From Terriglobia bacterium (GTDB lineage Bacteria > Acidobacteriota > Terriglobia > 2-12-FULL-54-10), in the NCBI GenBank assembly GCA_963666975.2, contig CAXVYR010000003.1, positions 1,088,001-1,152,000 on the forward strand: a DNA stretch of 64,000 bases. Reading direction: 5' to 3'. The first letter of the stretch is position 1; every line of letters starts with the position of its first letter. Under the pieces are notes generated by a model. That model had not been told where the DNA came from. It ran no database searches and worked only from the letters and a program-made list of their open reading frames with translations. Of the stretch, positions 59,140-64,000 are shown piece by piece. The position numbers and the translations under genes were made by a program.

Positions 59140-61050
59140 ATGGCTACCCGATTTGCGCTCCGTATCAGTTTGCCCTTATACCTTTTTTTTGTCAGCACAG
59201 GGGCCACGAGCCAAACTGTTCCCGAGATGCTCGAAAAGCTGCGCGCTTATCCCGATCTGGTAGTCTTCAATGGAGACATTGTCAGCTTGGACTCGCGCAT
59301 GAGCCGACACCAGGCAATGGCAATCCGCCACGGACGTATTGTGACCCTTGGCGGCAACGCGGAGATACAAAGCCTCGCCGGCCCCCAAACGGAGATGCTC
59401 GATGCCAAAGGCCGTATGGTCCTGCCGGGACTGATTGACTCCCATGCGCACCCGCACCTTTATGCCATTCCCCACTGGTTTTCTAGTGATTGGGCCACCA
59501 AGCGGTATAACAAACCGGAACTGCAAATTACCCATGTCAGGGGAGACAACGCCAGCGAAATTCTTGCCAGGCTGGAGCAGGCCGTGAAGCAGAGAGCAAA
59601 AGAACTCGGCCCGGGGAAATGGGTTTGGATCAGCCTTTTTTCCAAAGACAACCTGAAGGAAGCCCGCGACATCGTCTATCCCATATTCGACCGCAGTCGG
59701 CCAATGTTGATGCCGGAGATGCTGGACCAGTGGGCGCCGGAAAACCCTGTGATGGTATTCGGCCCGAGCGTCACAGCACCCAGCCTTAACAGCAGCAAGG
59801 CCAGGGAGATCATGAAGCGCATCCTAGGCCGCGAGGTCTTTAGCTTGGCGGCCTATCCCGCCGTAGCGTATGACATCCTCCTGGAAGGAAACACAGAAGC
59901 GATTGGCGACTTGTTGAAGCAGGAAATCCTGACTTGCCTTACCCGATATGGCATTACTTCTTTCACGTCCATCGTATGGAGCCTCGGAGTACTGAAAGCG
60001 GCCCGCATATTAGACGAACGTGGAGAGCTTCCAGCTCGTTGGGGGTGGGTGCACAATATGGGTTTTTCCGCAGAAAATCCTACGGACTTCTACCGGCGGC
60101 TAGGCGATTTCAGAGGACAAGGGAGCGATTATCTGTGGAACATCGGGATTGCATCCGGAGCCTGGGAGCGTTTGCCCTGGGCCTGCACTCGGGCCATTCC
60201 CTTGGCTGTCCCGACACGAGTCCAAGGGGCTGCTTCCGTTACAGTCAATCCCGTCAACGGCCAGAAACTCCCTTGTTCCGATCCGATCCGCTACGACAAC
60301 TCTATGACTTACCAGACGACCAAGGAAGCATTGGCATCCGGTCTGCGGGTGACGTCCCTGGATGCCTATAATGACGGCACCTATGACGCCGTGTTCCACA
60401 TGCTGGACGAACTGGTCCAAGCCGGCAAACTCACCTTACCCGAAGTGAAACAACTGCGCATCGGCCTGGATCACAACCTGATTGTACGCCCCGACCAAAT
60501 CGCAAAGCTCGCAGAATATGGAATCATGCTCAGCTTTCAGGGGTATCAATTGTATGAAGACATCAAGGGTCCAACCTTCCTCCGGCAGTTTGGGGAAGAT
60601 TACCTGAGCTGGATGATGCCGGTGAAAAGCCTGGCCGATCAGGGAGTCCGCGTTACGCTGGGGACCGACGCTCACCTGACCCGCATCCCCAAAATCGAAG
60701 CCCTACCGATGGACTGGCCCAGGGACTGGGAGGGTTCCATGTGGAACTACTACCAATTTTTCGTAACCCGCAAGATGACCGGCGATTCTCGCAAAAGCAT
60801 GACTGCCGGAAAGGTCTTCCTGAAAGGACAGGCGCTGGACCGTGTGGAAGTTCTCAAAGCAGCCACGATTCACGGCGCGGAGATGATGCTGCGGGAAAAA
60901 GACCTGGGCACACTAGAACCCGGCAAACTTGCCGACTTTATCGTCATTGATCAGGACTACTTTACCATCCCCGAAGACCAGATCGGGACCATTGAAACTC
61001 TGCTAACTGCAGTGGGTGGAGTGGTTCTCTATAAGAGCAACCATTTCTAG
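59140..61050 (+). CDS. Amidohydrolase-family (YtcJ-like) secreted protein
   Basis: PGLIDSHAH, LGTD and GTLEPGKLADF motifs. Confidence 0.85.
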   Translation: MATRFALRISLPLYLFFVSTGATSQTVPEMLEKLRAYPDLVVFNGDIVSLDSRMSRHQAMAIRHGRIVTLGGNAEIQSLAGPQTEMLDAKGRMVLPGLIDSHAHPHLYAIPHWFSSDWATKRYNKPELQITHVRGDNASEILARLEQAVKQRAKELGPGKWVWISLFSKDNLKEARDIVYPIFDRSRPMLMPEMLDQWAPENPVMVFGPSVTAPSLNSSKAREIMKRILGREVFSLAAYPAVAYDILLEGNTEAIGDLLKQEILTCLTRYGITSFTSIVWSLGVLKAARILDERGELPARWGWVHNMGFSAENPTDFYRRLGDFRGQGSDYLWNIGIASGAWERLPWACTRAIPLAVPTRVQGAASVTVNPVNGQKLPCSDPIRYDNSMTYQTTKEALASGLRVTSLDAYNDGTYDAVFHMLDELVQAGKLTLPEVKQLRIGLDHNLIVRPDQIAKLAEYGIMLSFQGYQLYEDIKGPTFLRQFGEDYLSWMMPVKSLADQGVRVTLGTDAHLTRIPKIEALPMDWPRDWEGSMWNYYQFFVTRKMTGDSRKSMTAGKVFLKGQALDRVEVLKAATIHGAEMMLREKDLGTLEPGKLADFIVIDQDYFTIPEDQIGTIETLLTAVGGVVLYKSNHF

Positions 61051-61382
61051 AGCATTTTCACCATTGCTGCAATGCGTGCCTCGTTGTCATTCCGAGCCAT
61101 GTCCCGAGCCATGCCGAGGGATCGTCAAAGGGGCCGTGAGGGAGAGTCCCACTCCCTTGTTGCAGCGTCCTGGCCCGTTTCACGGGTAGCTGGGCCGGGG
61201 AGCCGCGCATCGCTCACCCCTCCAGCCCACTTATCACCTGACAACTTGCCCTGACGAAATTATTTGGCCTGCACACAACCAACTCCCCTCAGATGGAACC
61301 CACGACCCGACCCCTTAGATAATTGCCTCGCCTTCCGTTCCAAAGCAGAGCCAGCCCACCGCATCCTGCACCCCGAAAACGG

Positions 61383-61447
61383 TTTCACAGCCCCAGGCTG
61401 TGATATAACTCTCTCACTGAGACTGGTACAAAAAATCGGTCTGGTCA
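61383..61447 (-). repeat. TGACCAGACCGA element end
   Basis: TGTGATATAACTCTCTCA...TGGTACAAAAAATCGGTCTGGTCA. Confidence 0.8.
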
Positions 61448-61615
61448 CGGTGTCGTTCAGAATCTTTTCCGATTGGGAAGGCAGCGACTAAAATCGACCC
61501 ACCATCGGCTGTTGAGGGCACGTTTTTTCGCGACTGGGGAAGCCGTCACGGCAGCCTGACCAAATGGCGACCATCAGGCACCGGTTTGCTCAGCGGTGGT
61601 TAAGTTGACAATGCC
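61448..61615 (+). mobile_element. IS6-family 3' remnant
   Basis: Reads (H)GVVQNLFRLGRQRLKSTHHRLLRARFFAT; ends with IR-like GGTTAAGTTGACAATGCC. Confidence 0.65.
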
Positions 61616-62626
61616 TTAATACGAGCCGATGCCGGTAAGCTCGATGCTGAGCCTCCTGAGCTCCTCGCGCGCTTCCTCATCATACGCCAGGGAGTTGGCG
61701 CGCGCCGGGCTCATGCGATTGAAATACTGGCCGCTCTCGAGATCGGGCGAGTTGAGCAGGCGCAAGACAGCCTCCGCCCCGTCCTCCACCGAGCTCCTGG
61801 GCTGCGCCCCTCTGGAGAGCACCATGTTCGTATCCATGAAGGTGGCCGGATGCAAGGCGCTGACGATGACTCCGGTGCCCTCGAGTTCGCGTGAGAGGTC
61901 GAAGGTGAACATCACTTGTGCAAGCTTGCTCTGTCTGTAGGCTTGCGAATCAGTGTAGTTGCGCTCCAGCATCACATCCTCGAAGTCAATCGCAGCCTGG
62001 CCGGCCGACGCGACGTTCACGATCCGTGAAGGGGCGCTGTCGATGATCCGCGGTAGCAGCATTCGGGTAAGCAGGAACCCGGAAAGATAGTTCACCGCGA
62101 AGTGCAGCTCGTGGCCGTCGGCGCTGACTTGACGGCCGTCCTCAGGAGTCAACCATATTCCGGCATTATTGATGAGGACATCCAATCTGTCGTAATCCCG
62201 CAGGATCGTCTCGGCGAACTCCCGAACCTGATCGAGCGAGGCTAGGTCCGCAGCATAGAACTTCGCGCTGCCTATCCCTTCCTGCTCAATCTCGTCGACA
62301 ACCTTCACGCCGCGCACGCGATTACGGCCATGAACGATGATGTGAGCACCGGTCGTGGCAAGTCTACGCGCGACTTCATGACCGAGGCCGCTCGTGGAAC
62401 CCGTGACGAGTATGACCTTCCTCTCGGCGAGTCCCTCGCTGACATACGCTAAGGATTCCGTCTCAACCGACTGTGCCTTGCCTGTCGACGCGCTCAGAGC
62501 CAGTGCCACCGCAAGGACGGCACACAGCGATAACCTGCCGACCAGGGCTACACGACGTGAGTACACAAAAGTTTTTTCGGTAGCGCTCTTGTTTCGACTC
62601 ATGACGGCATCCCTCCCGTTGCTCAT
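61616..62626 (-). CDS. SDR-family oxidoreductase with an N-terminal signal-like extension
   Basis: TGSTSGLG, NNAG and YRQSK motifs. Confidence 0.9.
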   Translation of the reverse strand: MSNGRDAVMSRNKSATEKTFVYSRRVALVGRLSLCAVLAVALALSASTGKAQSVETESLAYVSEGLAERKVILVTGSTSGLGHEVARRLATTGAHIIVHGRNRVRGVKVVDEIEQEGIGSAKFYAADLASLDQVREFAETILRDYDRLDVLINNAGIWLTPEDGRQVSADGHELHFAVNYLSGFLLTRMLLPRIIDSAPSRIVNVASAGQAAIDFEDVMLERNYTDSQAYRQSKLAQVMFTFDLSRELEGTGVIVSALHPATFMDTNMVLSRGAQPRSSVEDGAEAVLRLLNSPDLESGQYFNRMSPARANSLAYDEEAREELRRLSIELTGIGSY

Positions 62627-62740
62627 GTGTGCTGGATTCTTCGCCTCTCCTCGTCAATTCCGCTCGCGCTCGACGAGCGCTTCACGATCATGGCGTCGCC
62701 GGCGCAACTCCGGGCAACTGGCGTAACCGATTAACCAGCT

Positions 62741-62959
62741 TGACCAGACCGACTTTTATACCAAACCCAGGGAGAGAGTTTACACCATAGCTTATGGCTG
62801 TGAAATGGGCTTTGGGAAGAAGGCCGGGGGTATTGCCAAGTTAAGGGAAATCCCCCAGTTGTCGAGGCGAAAACGGTCTGCTCTGGAACTAAGAATCAAC
62901 AACTTATAGACTGCTATGAAGCGCTCACAAAAGGCTCAAACCGTTAACTTGACAGTACC
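62741..62959 (+). mobile_element. TGACCAGACCGA element end followed by an IS6-like end
   Basis: TGACCAGACCGACTTTTATACCA...GAGAGAGTT...GGCTGTGAAA; terminal CGTTAACTTGACAGTACC. Confidence 0.65.
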
Positions 62960-63211
62960 AGGCTGAAGCACCCAAGAAAATGATTCCGATATCCTCCAGG
63001 AATTGAGAGTTGTCTGCAAGAGCCGATGGGAAGGCCCGTGGTCAGCAGTTCGGGACTCGCTTTGGGGCAGACAGGACTCTGTCCCGAGCCCCGGGACCCA
63101 GCCAAAAAAAATCGTGCGCTCGAACCCCTCGAGAGTGTATAGTGCGGGCTGTTTGAGCTAAAAAGGAAATTCCGATATAACGGCGAGCACGGCAAGAGAG
63201 TAGCTTCGCTC

Positions 63212-64000
63212 ATGGCAATCCGTACCGCAGGCATCATCTCCAAACCGCGAAAAGCCGAGCTGCAGCAGATTGTGCCGAGCTTGCTGGGCTGGCTGGCCGA
63301 AAGAGGCATCCAGGCTTATCTCGACCGGGAGACAGCCGACAGCCTCGATTCTTCCAGCAAAGCTTCCCTGCCCGCTCAGGTAATCACCCGGAGCGAACTC
63401 TCTGGCAAGTGCGATTTGGTTATCGTGCTGGGGGGAGACGGCACACTGCTGGCTGCCGCACGCAACGTCCACTCCGGCAACATCCCGATCCTGGCCGTAA
63501 ACCTGGGAGCGCTGGGATTCCTCACCGCCGTAACCACCCAGGAACTGTACTCCAGCCTCGAATTAATTCTTAACGGAAAGCATCAAATTGACAGACGCAA
63601 GCTATTGCAAGTGCAGGTGATCCACTCCGGCGTGCCTGGCTCTACTTACCACGCCTTGAACGACGTTGTCCTCAACAAGGCGGCTATCTCGCGGATATCA
63701 GACTTTGAAACATATGTGGATGGAGTACTGGTAAGTGTCTTCAAAGCCGACGGGCTAATCATCTCAACTCCGACCGGTTCTACTGCCTACTCCATGGCGG
63801 CCGGGGGACCCATCGTTTATCCCACGGTGGAAGCCTTTATTGTGACTCCCATCTGTCCCCACACCCTGACCAACCGTCCGCTGGTTGTGCCGGACCGCGC
63901 CCGAATCGAAGTCACCGTAAAAACGGAGACGGAATCCGTTTTCTTGACCGTGGACGGCCAAGTCGGGCTGTCCCTGAACAACGACGACCGGATTGTCTGC
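63212..64000 (+). CDS. nadK: NAD+ kinase (partial, runs off window)
   Basis: Manual translation gives VLGGDGT, VNLGALGFL, ALNDVV and DGLIISTPTGSTAYSMAAGG. Confidence 0.93.
   Translation, partial: MAIRTAGIISKPRKAELQQIVPSLLGWLAERGIQAYLDRETADSLDSSSKASLPAQVITRSELSGKCDLVIVLGGDGTLLAAARNVHSGNIPILAVNLGALGFLTAVTTQELYSSLELILNGKHQIDRRKLLQVQVIHSGVPGSTYHALNDVVLNKAAISRISDFETYVDGVLVSVFKADGLIISTPTGSTAYSMAAGGPIVYPTVEAFIVTPICPHTLTNRPLVVPDRARIEVTVKTETESVFLTVDGQVGLSLNNDDRIVC

Noticed and set aside
1-64000. CRISPR array or cas genes
   Set aside because: No regularly spaced direct repeats with unique spacers and no Cas motifs; the TGACC repeats are kilobases apart and in both orientations

Overview
Bacterial chromosomal window, probably Acidobacteriota (inferred from the style of SecA, the cox operon and the DUF5916 genes). 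The core-like middle (about 11.5-38 kb) holds matB, an NhaP-type antiporter, phhB, a TSUP exporter, a PyrE-like PRTase, TerB, a CPBP protease, a GHMP kinase, secA, an SSS symporter, an M28 peptidase, an A1-type cytochrome c oxidase operon, and a lactate permease with a LarA-like gene. It is followed by a decayed Qrc/ACIII-like operon (multi-domain cytochrome c, MopB-family, FeS and NrfD subunits). Both flanks are mosaic and IS-scarred (IS256, two IS3-type elements, IS4, IS5, IS6 and IS1380 remnants, a tRNA-Asp att fragment, several truncated genes). The window ends in nadK. Least-explained signals: (i) a dispersed family of transposase-less TG...CA ends (TGACCAGACCGA-N1-2-TTTTGTACCA) at five loci that cut or abut genes; (ii) three IS1380-type right ends, each pointing an outward sigma70-like promoter at a co-oriented gene; (iii) a stand-alone DsrH/E/F-like triad; (iv) SecA with a long PPXD insertion. 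No CRISPR array or rRNA was seen. All calls come from reading the sequence by eye; no database searches were run.
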